NCBI GenBank assembly: GCA_022844165.1
Contig: JALHMH010000032.1
Coordinates: 1 to 27,674 of the forward strand
Direction of reading: 5' to 3'
DNA length: 27,674 nucleotides
Origin: Lysobacterales bacterium
GTDB lineage: Bacteria; Pseudomonadota; Gammaproteobacteria; Xanthomonadales; SZUA-5
Shown here: piece after piece, positions 5,530 to 14,943 of the stretch
How positions within the stretch are numbered: the stretch's first letter is position 1
How the letters are laid out: each line of letters opens with the position of its first letter
Notes under the pieces: generated by a model
Told to the model about the DNA's origin: nothing
The model's database searches: none
The model's input: only the letters and a program-made list of their open reading frames with translations
Made by a program: the position numbers and the translations under genes

Positions 5530-8421
5530 ATGACCGGTTTCTTGTGGCGCCACGCACGCGCGCTCTTGGCCGCACTGTTGGCAGCAGGCCTGGCCTGCCC
5601 AGCCGCATCTCAGTCGGTCGACGATCAATTCGCGCCGGCTGCCAATGGCGTCGTTTCCGTGGTTCGCGTCGATAGCAAAGGGCGTTTGCTGATTGGCGGG
5701 CTGTTCACGCAGATCGACGGCCAAAGCGCGCTGCGGATTGCGCGGCTGCATGCCTCAGGACGCCGTGACGAAAGTTTCCTCGCCAGCACGAACGATGACG
5801 TCGACGCGATCTTGCCGATCGGCGATCGCGTCTTGATCTCGGGCCAGTTCACCAACGCCAGCGGGCTGTCGCGCTCCCGTCTGGCGCTGCTCGACGACAA
5901 CGGCAATGCGGTGACCGCGGTCGCGCCGCAAGCCGATGACGACGTGACTTCATTGGCGCAAGGACTCGTCGCCGATAGCTATTTTGTGGGTGGCAGGTTC
6001 ACCACGATCAATGGCCAGCCGCGTCGGCGCATTGCGCGTCTGGTGGGCGGCAATCTTAATCTCGATCCCACTTTCGTCCCGCCAGCCCTCAGCGGTTTTG
6101 TGGACACACTCGCCGTGCAGCGCGATGGCAAGTTATTGGTTGGCGGCAGCTCGCTGCGGGTCACTGGCAACGAGGCTCCGGTGCTGCGACTCAACGCGGA
6201 CGGCAGTTTGGACACCAGCTTCGCCTTCGAAGGTGCTGGAAACAACGACTCTGTGAACAGCATCGCTGTCCTGAGTAACGGCAAAATCCTGGTCGGCGGC
6301 TTCATGGCGCTTGGCCATGTAGCGCGCTTGCATCCAGACGGCAGTCGCGATACCAGTTTCGTCCCGCCCGCCTTAAACCAAAGCGTCAGAGAGATCGCCG
6401 TACAGCCAGACGGACGCGTGCTGGTGGTCGGTAACTTCAGCAGCGTGGCCTTACGTGACCGTGTGATTCGCCTCAACGAAGACGGCTCACTCGATGCCGG
6501 ATTTGCGTCGCTGCTGAGCCCCTTTGGCACGGTCACGACGGTGGCGGTGCAGGCCAACGGCGGCGTGGTCATTGGTGGAGCGTTTACCGATGTCACTGGC
6601 TTGCCGCGCCTGCGTCTGGCACGGATCAGCTATCGCGGCCAGCTGGATGATCGACTCAACGCCTCTTTCACTGGCGGGCCGGTTGAAGTGGTTGCGGCAC
6701 AGCCCGATGGCAAGCTCCTGGTCGGCGGCGGGTTCAGCCATGTCAACGGCCAACTGAGGCCGTATCTGGCGCGCATCAACGTCAGCGGCAGCCTCGACGC
6801 CTCGTTCGCTGCGGCACCGAACAACGATGTGCGCGCGATCGCCGTTCTCGGAGATCGCAGCGTACTCATTGCTGGTGCGTTCAATCAGGTCAACAGCAGC
6901 GCGAGGCTGCGTATCGCCAAACTCACGTCCAGCGGAGTGCTGGACCCGAACTTCCAGGTCGATGTCGGCAACGGCACGCTGCACACGCTGGCGCTGCAGG
7001 ACGACGGCCGCATTTTGATCGGCGGCGGCTTCACCAGCATCGACGGCTCGGCACGCCAGGGCATTGCGCGCTTGAATGCAGACAGCTCTTTAGACACCAG
7101 TTTCGTGCCATTGCCGCTATCGAATTTCACTCGCGTGCGCGCCATTTCCGTGCGTGCAGACGATGTTTTTCAAGCGCCAGCGGGAACGATTTATCTGGGC
7201 GGCGAAACCGATGGCACCAACCGACTGGAGCGCCTGACCGCAAACGGCGGCCTTGATGGCAGTTTTTTCAGGATCAACACCAGCACTGTTTTCTCCATCG
7301 TCAGCAGTGGCTTCGGCCAGGTCAATTACGGTGCTATATCGGGGGCGAACACCTGCGGTCGCTTTCTGAGCACGACCACCGGCACCGGACCCAATTGCCT
7401 CGCGAGCCCGGATCTGCCTGTGTTGTCGTTCGTGAGATCGGTGGGTTTTGACTACTTTGCCGGCGGCGCGTTCACCACTTTGAGCGGCATTGCCCATCCG
7501 GGCCTGGTCCAAATCGTCACTGCGGGGGCTCCCGCCCAACTGAGCGACGATTTCGACTTTCCCATCACCGGTGGCACGGCCACGGTGAACAGCCTGCAAT
7601 TGCAGGCCGATGGCAAGCTCATCGTTGCTGGAGACTTCACCGCAGTGGGCGGGCAGGCGCGTACCAGCATCGCGCGGATCAGCGAAACGATTGGAACGGA
7701 TAACAACCCTGCGCCGTTGCTGCGCACGTCCGGTGTGGGCATCCAATGGGACCGTCTGGCCGGTACCGTGCGCTTCGTGCCTGGTGCCCTGACACCGGAG
7801 TTAGAGCGCGCGCCGATTCTCTTGATCAGCGAGACGTGCTGCAGCGATACCATGTTTACGCCAACGGCCGGCGCCCGCGCGACTCGCATCAACTTGGCCA
7901 CAGGTGAGTGGCAGAAGTCCGGCTTCGCGCCATCGCTAGACAAGTTCTATCTACGCTGGCGTTACCAGGTGAGTGATGGAAGGGGCGGGCTGAGTTTGTA
8001 CGAAACCCCGATCCACCGCTTTGCGCCACGCAGCCCGCAGCTTCAGTTCAACCCGATTCCCAACGCTGCGTCTAACACCGTCGTCTTCCCATCGGGGCCC
8101 ACGGGCACGACATCGGCACAGATTACGGTCACTCCATCGGATGGCGACGGCGGAACCTCGGCGCTCAGTTGTTCCATACAAAACGTCGCCGGGCCCGGCA
8201 GCTTCTCCAATCTGCGCTCGAACCCGAGCGGCTTTGCGTGGCAAAACAACGCCGGAAGCGTGAGGCTCGATTGCACGCGTTCAGCGCAAGCGACGGTGGG
8301 AACATTGGTCTGTGTACAAAGCTTCAGCGACGAAAGTCTATCCGTCGAGCATCGCTGGGGCCTGACGTGCCCGGCTGCGAGTAGCATCGTCGATTCCATC
8401 TTTACTTCTGGCTTTGAGTGA
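5530..8421 (+). CDS. Secreted delta-60-repeat (DUF5122-like) beta-propeller protein with C-terminal DSIFTSGFE tail
   Basis: Repeated AVQPDGKLLVGGxF...RIARLNADGSLDTSF units. ATG at 5530 with a GGAAAGGA RBS and a signal peptide. A Cys-containing beta-rich domain precedes the tail. Confidence 0.92.
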   Translation: MTGFLWRHARALLAALLAAGLACPAASQSVDDQFAPAANGVVSVVRVDSKGRLLIGGLFTQIDGQSALRIARLHASGRRDESFLASTNDDVDAILPIGDRVLISGQFTNASGLSRSRLALLDDNGNAVTAVAPQADDDVTSLAQGLVADSYFVGGRFTTINGQPRRRIARLVGGNLNLDPTFVPPALSGFVDTLAVQRDGKLLVGGSSLRVTGNEAPVLRLNADGSLDTSFAFEGAGNNDSVNSIAVLSNGKILVGGFMALGHVARLHPDGSRDTSFVPPALNQSVREIAVQPDGRVLVVGNFSSVALRDRVIRLNEDGSLDAGFASLLSPFGTVTTVAVQANGGVVIGGAFTDVTGLPRLRLARISYRGQLDDRLNASFTGGPVEVVAAQPDGKLLVGGGFSHVNGQLRPYLARINVSGSLDASFAAAPNNDVRAIAVLGDRSVLIAGAFNQVNSSARLRIAKLTSSGVLDPNFQVDVGNGTLHTLALQDDGRILIGGGFTSIDGSARQGIARLNADSSLDTSFVPLPLSNFTRVRAISVRADDVFQAPAGTIYLGGETDGTNRLERLTANGGLDGSFFRINTSTVFSIVSSGFGQVNYGAISGANTCGRFLSTTTGTGPNCLASPDLPVLSFVRSVGFDYFAGGAFTTLSGIAHPGLVQIVTAGAPAQLSDDFDFPITGGTATVNSLQLQADGKLIVAGDFTAVGGQARTSIARISETIGTDNNPAPLLRTSGVGIQWDRLAGTVRFVPGALTPELERAPILLISETCCSDTMFTPTAGARATRINLATGEWQKSGFAPSLDKFYLRWRYQVSDGRGGLSLYETPIHRFAPRSPQLQFNPIPNAASNTVVFPSGPTGTTSAQITVTPSDGDGGTSALSCSIQNVAGPGSFSNLRSNPSGFAWQNNAGSVRLDCTRSAQATVGTLVCVQSFSDESLSVEHRWGLTCPAASSIVDSIFTSGFE

Positions 8422-9005
8422 GCATGACCGTAACGCCTGCGCCAGACGAGTCCAGAGTGCCGATTACGATGCTGCTGCAAGAGATCGCGCGCGGCGACAG
8501 CCCGTCGGACGAGCGCATCGTGGGCGTCGTGGTGCAGGCCTTGGAGCGTTTGGCGCAGAAAGAAATGGCACAGCGCGGCGGCTGGCATGGACTGACTTTG
8601 GAGCCCACGGTGTTTGCGCACGACGCACTGCTCAAGATCGTCGACCAGCGCCATGCTTTTGCCAATCGCGGCCATTTTTTTGCCTACGCCACACAAATCA
8701 TGGTGCGCGCCATGATCGATTATCACCGCGCCCGTCACGCGCAAAAGCGCGGCGGCGAGGCAGCCCGGGTCAGTTTGTCTGAAGCTTTGCCGCTCGACGA
8801 TGTGGATCTGGACCACATGCCGCCGGCACTGGAAGCGCTTCAGGTGCTCGATGCGCGCAAAGCCGATGTGGTGCGCTTGCGCGTTTTTTGGGGCGCCACA
8901 ACCGAGGAGATCGCTGAGATCCTGGGCCTGTCGACAGCCAGCGTAGAGCGCGACTGGCGCTTCGCGAAGCGTTGGTTGGCGGTGCAACTGCGGCCAGCGC
9001 CATGA
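8418..9005 (+). CDS. ECF sigma factor, kinase-associated type (TIGR02999/ECF43-like)
   Basis: TLEPTVFAHDALLKI, FANRGHFFAYATQIM, AQKRGG, EEIAEILGLSTASVERDWRFAKRWL. The GTG start overlaps the upstream stop (GTGA); alternative ATG at 8424. Confidence 0.92.
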   Translation: MSMTVTPAPDESRVPITMLLQEIARGDSPSDERIVGVVVQALERLAQKEMAQRGGWHGLTLEPTVFAHDALLKIVDQRHAFANRGHFFAYATQIMVRAMIDYHRARHAQKRGGEAARVSLSEALPLDDVDLDHMPPALEALQVLDARKADVVRLRVFWGATTEEIAEILGLSTASVERDWRFAKRWLAVQLRPAP

Positions 9006-11794
9006 CCGACAAAGAACGCCATCTGCGCCTCGATTCGCTGTTTCACCAGCTCGTCGACTTGCCGCGCGAAGAAAGCGCCGCGCGCATCGTGCAGCTGCAA
9101 CAAGACGATCCCGTTCTGGCCGCAGCGCTGGCCGCCATGCTGACCGGTTCGCATGCGGCGGGCGAGCGCGCGCTCGACGATTTGGCGCGGCATGCCAAGG
9201 TGCTGGCCTTGTCGCCCGGCATGCCCGAGCAGATTGGTCCGTATCGCGTGCTGCGGGTGCTCGGCGAGGGTGGCATGGGCCGCGTTTACGAGGCCGAACA
9301 AACCTCGCCCGTGCAACGCCGCGTTGCGGTGAAGTTGACGCATGCGGGACTCGATAACGCTCGGGTGGTTGCGCGCTTTCACGGCGAACGCCAGGCGCTG
9401 GCGGTGCTCGATCACCCGAACATCGCGCGGATTTTTGAGGCCGGATCGCACAGCGATGGGCGGCCCTGGTTTGCCATGGAATTGATCGACGGAATCACGA
9501 TCACGCAGTGGGCGAAGGACCGCGATCTAGGCTTACGCGCACGGCTCGAACTATTGCTTCCCGTGTGCGATGCGATTGGCCACGCGCACCGCAAGGGTGT
9601 CATCCACCGCGACTTGAAGCCGAGCAACGTCCTGATCAGCGAGATCGACGGCAAGGCCGTTCCGAAGATCATCGACTTTGGCATCGCCAAAGCGCTGCAT
9701 GGCGACGCCCTCGATGCCACGCACGCCGGAGAACTGATCGGCACCCCCGAATACATGAGCCCGGAACAGGCCAGCTTAGGCGCGATCGATATCGACACGC
9801 GTTCGGATGTGTATGCGCTGGGGTTGTTGTTGTTCGAACTTCTGGTCGGTCAATTGCCGCTGACGCTGGCCGACTTGCGGCGGTTCGCGTTCGACGAAAT
9901 GTGCCGCCGCGTGCGCGAAGAAGAGCCGCCACGACCTAGCGCCGTGCTTAGCGCCAGTCGCCGCAGCGTGGGATCGATGTCCAGTGCCGAATGGGCACGC
10001 CGCGTACAAGGCGATCTGGACGCTGTCGTACTCAAGGCTCTGGCCAAAGATCGCGAACAACGCTACGACAGCGTTGCCGGATTGGCCGAGGATTTGCGGC
10101 GCTACTTGAGCGATCAGCCGGTGTACGCCACGCCGCCGAACTGGCGCTATCGCTTGCGCAAATTCGTCAGGCGCCACCGCGCTGCCAGCATCGCTGCCGC
10201 GGCGATTGCGCTGGCAGCGGTGATCACCTTGGCGATGGCAGTGCGCAGTTATTTCGCCGTACGCGAGGCGATGGCGCAAGCCACGCAAGCACAGCAGCAA
10301 TCCGAGGCCAGCAATCGATTTTTGCTGAGCCTGTTCCGTGCGGCCGACCCACGTGCCGAACCTGGTGCTGATCCAACGGCCCGTGACTTGTTGGCACGTG
10401 GCTTCGATCAGCTCAAGGCCGACACTGAACTATCGCCGGAAACCCGGCTGCGCATGCTGGAGCGTCTGGCTGAAGCCGCCTATGCACTTGGCGACTACGC
10501 GCAGGCGCAGCGCTCGTTCGAAGAGGCTCTTGCACTACACGAAGACCTGGCGACCACAGATGCCTTTCGCCGCGCCAGCGTTTTCGATCGCCTGGGCGTC
10601 ATCGCGCGCGATCGTGGCGATATGCCCGGCGCCATCGCGCGCCATCGCGAGGCCTTGGCGCTGATGCAGCGCGCCGGGTTGACCGACAGCCCAGACAGCT
10701 CACGACTGCACAGCAACCTCGGGATCGCCCTGCGGCTCAGCGGCGATCTGAGGGGTGCGTCTGCGCAGTACGACATCGCCATTGCCCTGCTCAGCGGCGA
10801 GCCCCAACCGAGCCAGAAGCTCGCCAGCGCCTTGCTCAATCGCGCAGCAGTGCTGCAGGACCAGGGAAATCTGGACGCGTCGATAGCCACATTGAATGAG
10901 GCAATGGTGCAGTTCCAGAGCCTGTTGCCACCCGAACATCCCAATTTTGCGGTGCTCTACAACAACATGAGCATGGTGCAGCGCAATGCCGGCAACTTGC
11001 ACGAGGCGCTCGCGCTGATTGAACAGTCGCGCGCCAACGAAGCGCTGAATCTGCCGGAGTCGCACCCCGACCGCGCTGACAGTTTGCACAACAAAGCCGC
11101 TGTCTTGATCCGATTGGGTCAGATCGAGGCCGCAAGGGAGAGTCTCAATGCGGCGCTGGCGCTGCTGGCGCAAACCCTGCCGCCAGACAATCCGCGCACC
11201 GCTGTGCATCGCGACTCGCTCGCGGAAATCGATCTGTTGGGCGGCAACTACGCCGCAGCCAGCAGCCGCTTACGAGCGCTCATCGACGAGTTGGAAGACA
11301 CACCGGCAACTTTGCGGCAACGCATCGTTTCGCTGCGCAAACTGGCCATGGCCGAGCGCGGCGCCAACCGTTGGCACGAGGCGACCACGGCCGCGCAACA
11401 AGCGATCGATCTGGCAATCCGCAACGAACTTCCTGCTGAGCAGGCGCTTGCTTTGTTGCTGCAAGCGCTGATCGAACTTGATCGGCAACAGCCCGACCGC
11501 GCTGCGGAGCGTTTCAACGCCGCGTTGAACCTGCTGCCCGAATGCGCTCGCGGCCCTTGCACACTCGACCAGGGCAGCTCGCATCTGCTCCGGGCGCAAT
11601 ACCTCGCGCGCAGCGGCGCAACAGCGGCTGCTCTGACCACGCTGCAATACGCTATCGAGCACCGCCGTTGGTCGGCATCGATACTGTCTCACCCAGACCT
11701 CAATTCCCTGCGCGCGCATCCGCGGTGGTCCGAGTTGGAAAGCGCGCTGAAAGGGCGGACGGCGCCTGAAAGCAAAACCGACGAACGTTCATGA
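9002..11794 (+). CDS. Hanks-type Ser/Thr protein kinase with TM helix and C-terminal TPR repeats
   Basis: GEGGMG, VAVK, HRDLKPSN, DFG and GTPEYMSPE motifs; TM segment ASIAAAAIALAAVITLAMAV; TPR-like repeats. ATG at 9002 overlaps the sigma-factor stop (ATGA). Confidence 0.95.
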   Translation: MTDKERHLRLDSLFHQLVDLPREESAARIVQLQQDDPVLAAALAAMLTGSHAAGERALDDLARHAKVLALSPGMPEQIGPYRVLRVLGEGGMGRVYEAEQTSPVQRRVAVKLTHAGLDNARVVARFHGERQALAVLDHPNIARIFEAGSHSDGRPWFAMELIDGITITQWAKDRDLGLRARLELLLPVCDAIGHAHRKGVIHRDLKPSNVLISEIDGKAVPKIIDFGIAKALHGDALDATHAGELIGTPEYMSPEQASLGAIDIDTRSDVYALGLLLFELLVGQLPLTLADLRRFAFDEMCRRVREEEPPRPSAVLSASRRSVGSMSSAEWARRVQGDLDAVVLKALAKDREQRYDSVAGLAEDLRRYLSDQPVYATPPNWRYRLRKFVRRHRAASIAAAAIALAAVITLAMAVRSYFAVREAMAQATQAQQQSEASNRFLLSLFRAADPRAEPGADPTARDLLARGFDQLKADTELSPETRLRMLERLAEAAYALGDYAQAQRSFEEALALHEDLATTDAFRRASVFDRLGVIARDRGDMPGAIARHREALALMQRAGLTDSPDSSRLHSNLGIALRLSGDLRGASAQYDIAIALLSGEPQPSQKLASALLNRAAVLQDQGNLDASIATLNEAMVQFQSLLPPEHPNFAVLYNNMSMVQRNAGNLHEALALIEQSRANEALNLPESHPDRADSLHNKAAVLIRLGQIEAARESLNAALALLAQTLPPDNPRTAVHRDSLAEIDLLGGNYAAASSRLRALIDELEDTPATLRQRIVSLRKLAMAERGANRWHEATTAAQQAIDLAIRNELPAEQALALLLQALIELDRQQPDRAAERFNAALNLLPECARGPCTLDQGSSHLLRAQYLARSGATAAALTTLQYAIEHRRWSASILSHPDLNSLRAHPRWSELESALKGRTAPESKTDERS

Positions 11795-11992
11795 TGGCGC
11801 GGATTCTCGACAATCAAGGGAAATCTGCTACGAAACGGCCTTGACTTTTGCAGCCCATGAAGTTCCGAAGTCTGTCTTTGGCCCTGTCACGCCATCCCGC
11901 GCGTAGCGAACCGAATGCCGTCGGGCCCGGAATGCTCCGAGCGCCTTTGGCTCCCAAGGCAGCAACATCCGTCGCTCACGGCGTTCTCAGGC

Positions 11993-13873
11993 TCAGGCGT
12001 CCAGCGCGGCCCATCGAGCGTACGCTTGATCGAGTGCCGATTGCGCATCGCTGAGGGCTTGCTGATCGGCGACGATCGCGGCGCCAGGGCGCTGGAAGAA
12101 CGATGGCTGGTTCATCGCTGCCGTACGGGACGCGATATCGGCTTCGAGCGATTCGATCCTGGCCGGCAGAAGTTCGAGTTCGCGCTGCTCTTTGAAGCTG
12201 AGTTTGCGCCGCGTAGCGGCCGACACCGCATTCTGCGGCACCTCGGCAGACTGCCCGGAAGACAGCGATGGAGGCGTGCTCAAAGCGACCGGCTTCGATG
12301 CGCTCGCTTCGCGGCGCTGACGCTCCCAATCACTGTAGCCACCGACGTACTCGCCGACCCGACCATCGCCCTCCAGCACCAGCGTACTGGTGACGACTGC
12401 GTCCAGAAAAGCGCGATCGTGGCTGACCAATAGCACGGTGCCCTGATACTCGCTCAGCTGTTCCTCCAGCAACTCCAGGGTCTCAACATCGAGGTCGTTT
12501 GTGGGCTCATCAAGCACCAGCAGGTTCGAAGGCCGGGCGAACAAGCGGGCCAGCAGCAACCGATTGCGTTCGCCACCGGACATGCGCGTAATCGGGGCGC
12601 GAGCCCGTTCCGGCGAAAACAGAAAATCCTGCAGGTAACCGAGTACGTGCACCCGCCTGCCGCCGATGTCGATGAACTCCTGGCCCTCGGCCACGTTATC
12701 GAGCGCACTCCAGTCTTCGCGCAGTGTGGCTCGGTATTGGTCGAAATAGGCGATTTCCAATGCCGTGCCCGGTTGAACTTCGCCGCTCGTCGGCATGAGT
12801 TCGCCAAGTAAGGTGCGCAGCAGGGTCGTCTTGCCGCTGCCGTTCGGCCCAACGATGCCGACACGATCACCGCGCAGGATGTTGGTCGAAAACGCGCGGA
12901 TCAGTGTGCGACCGCCGAGGGTCACGGACACGTCTTTGGCACGTAACACGCGCTTGCCGGACTTTTCGCCCTCAGCGATTTCGATTTTCGCTGTACCCTG
13001 GACATTGCGCCGCTCAGCGTACTGCCGGCGCATCGCTTTGAGCGCGCGGACACGGCCCTCGTTACGGGTGCGCCGCGCCTCAATGCCCTGGCGGATCCAG
13101 ACTTCCTCTTGTGCCAGCTTCTTGTCGAACAATGCGCGCTCTTGCGCCTGTGCGTGTGCCCGTTCGGCTTTGCGTCGCAGATAGTTCTGCCAATCGCCGG
13201 GCCAACTCGTCACCTGTCCACGATCGATCTCGACGATGCGCGTCGCAAGCGTCTGCAGAAAAGCGCGGTCATGGGTCACGAACACCAGTGCACCACGGTA
13301 ATCGCTGAGCATTCCTTCAAGGGCTGCGATCGCGTCGATATCCAGGTGATTGGTGGGCTCATCCAAGAGCAATACATCTGGCTGCAGCAGCAGCGACTGC
13401 GCCAACAGAACGCGGCGCTTCATGCCGCCGGAAAGGGCACCGAAGTCCTGCTCGGGCAGAAGCCCCAGACGCTCGACGGCCTGCAAGGCCCGAGCGTCGA
13501 GCGTCCACGCACCCGCCATGTCGATGGCTTCGTGCAGCGCGCTCATTGCCGCTTCGTCACCGCGTTCGGTGGCGTGGTGATAGTCCGCCAGAAGCTGCCC
13601 GGCATCGCCCGCGCCACCGGCGATCACATCAAACACAGAGCCTTCAAGATCGCGCGGAACCTCCTGGCGCATGAGTGCGACGCGCGCTTCGCCGCGCACG
13701 ATGCGCCCGTCGTCCGGTTGAATCTCGCCGGCGATCAACTTGAGCAGGGTAGATTTACCTTCCCCATTGCGACCAACCAACGCGATTCGCTCGCCGCGCT
13801 CGATCGTCAGTGTCGCATTATCGATCAGCGGCGGACCGCCGACGCTGTGGGTCAGGGATTGCAGGGTTAACAT
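11993..13873 (-). CDS. uup: ABC-F family ATPase Uup
   Basis: Two ABC domains (GRNGEGKST, GPNGSGKTT; LLDEPTNHLD, VLDEPTNDLD), linker EEVWIRQGIEARRTRNEGRVRAL, and a C-terminal KLSFKEQREL coiled coil. Confidence 0.93.
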   Translation of the reverse strand: MLTLQSLTHSVGGPPLIDNATLTIERGERIALVGRNGEGKSTLLKLIAGEIQPDDGRIVRGEARVALMRQEVPRDLEGSVFDVIAGGAGDAGQLLADYHHATERGDEAAMSALHEAIDMAGAWTLDARALQAVERLGLLPEQDFGALSGGMKRRVLLAQSLLLQPDVLLLDEPTNHLDIDAIAALEGMLSDYRGALVFVTHDRAFLQTLATRIVEIDRGQVTSWPGDWQNYLRRKAERAHAQAQERALFDKKLAQEEVWIRQGIEARRTRNEGRVRALKAMRRQYAERRNVQGTAKIEIAEGEKSGKRVLRAKDVSVTLGGRTLIRAFSTNILRGDRVGIVGPNGSGKTTLLRTLLGELMPTSGEVQPGTALEIAYFDQYRATLREDWSALDNVAEGQEFIDIGGRRVHVLGYLQDFLFSPERARAPITRMSGGERNRLLLARLFARPSNLLVLDEPTNDLDVETLELLEEQLSEYQGTVLLVSHDRAFLDAVVTSTLVLEGDGRVGEYVGGYSDWERQRREASASKPVALSTPPSLSSGQSAEVPQNAVSAATRRKLSFKEQRELELLPARIESLEADIASRTAAMNQPSFFQRPGAAIVADQQALSDAQSALDQAYARWAALDA

Positions 13874-14007
13874 TGTTTGCGGAACGAAGCGATCAAGGGC
13901 CTAGAGTATGAGGCAGTGGTTCAACGCAAACGGTTACGTCGCGGCGCGCCCCGCTCTTTCATTCACGAAGCGCCACTCAACTTGTCAGCAAAACGCGAGC
14001 CCAGGCA

Positions 14008-14943
14008 ATGACCGAGACGCAACACCTCTTTGGCGGCATCTTCGCGGTTCTAGTGATCGCAACGCTGGTTTCGCAAGCGCTACGGCGACTGGTCGCCAAA
14101 GGTCAGCCGCACGCAGTAATCGACAACTTGACCGCACGGATCAATGCCTGGTGGGCGATGGTGTTATTGATCGCGCTGGCGTTTTTTGTCGGCAAGGGCG
14201 GCGTGATCGTACTTTTTGCGCTGCTTTCCTTCCTCGCGCTGCGCGAGTTCGTGACACTGAGCTATACGCGCCGCTCCGACCATCTGGCCCTGGCAATGGC
14301 TTTTTACGTGGCATTGCCGGTTCAGTACGCCTTCGTCTGGATCGAGTGGTACGGCATGTACTCGATCTTCATTCCGGTGTACGGTTTCTTGTTCCTGCCC
14401 ATCATCGCAGCGCTGCGCAGCGACACCAATCAGTTCCTGGTGCGCATCGCGGAGGTGCAATGGGCGCTGATGCTGGCAGTGTTCTGCTTGTCGCACGTGC
14501 CGGCGCTGGTGACCCTGTCCATTCCTGGATATGGCGGTCGCGAGCTGCTGCTGATCGCTTTTCTGGTGATCGTCGTGCAGTCGAGCGACGTGCTTCAGTA
14601 CGTATGGGGCAAACTGCTGGGCAAGCACAAGGTGGCGCCTGAATTGAGCCCATCGAAAACCTGGGAGGGACTGATCGGCGGTGTCGCCAGCGCCACGGCG
14701 CTTGGCGCGGGGCTCTACTGGATTACGCCGTTCACGCCGATGGAAGCGGCAGGCATTGCGCTGGCCATCAACATCATGGGGTTTTTGGGCGGCTTGGTGA
14801 TGAGTGCCATCAAGCGCGACTTGGGTGTCAAGGACTGGGGCCATTTGATCCCTGGGCACGGCGGCGTGCTCGATCGGCTCGACTCAGTCCTGTTTTCGGC
14901 GCCGGTATTTTTCCACATCGTGCGTTATGGGTACACGCCGTGA
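14008..14943 (+). CDS. Phosphatidate cytidylyltransferase (YnbB/CdsA family)
   Basis: Polytopic membrane protein with SPSKTWEG and KRDLGVKDWGHLIPGHGGVLDRLDS signature motifs. Confidence 0.93.
   Translation: MTETQHLFGGIFAVLVIATLVSQALRRLVAKGQPHAVIDNLTARINAWWAMVLLIALAFFVGKGGVIVLFALLSFLALREFVTLSYTRRSDHLALAMAFYVALPVQYAFVWIEWYGMYSIFIPVYGFLFLPIIAALRSDTNQFLVRIAEVQWALMLAVFCLSHVPALVTLSIPGYGGRELLLIAFLVIVVQSSDVLQYVWGKLLGKHKVAPELSPSKTWEGLIGGVASATALGAGLYWITPFTPMEAAGIALAINIMGFLGGLVMSAIKRDLGVKDWGHLIPGHGGVLDRLDSVLFSAPVFFHIVRYGYTP

Noticed and set aside
5406-5531. Long overlapping N-termini given by the ORF track (5419 on +, 5531 on -)
   Set aside because: RBSs and signal peptides point to starts at 5530 and 5405, leaving a promoter-bearing gap.
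11795-11992. sRNA or terminator between the kinase gene and uup
   Set aside because: Only weak short stems and no recognisable family.
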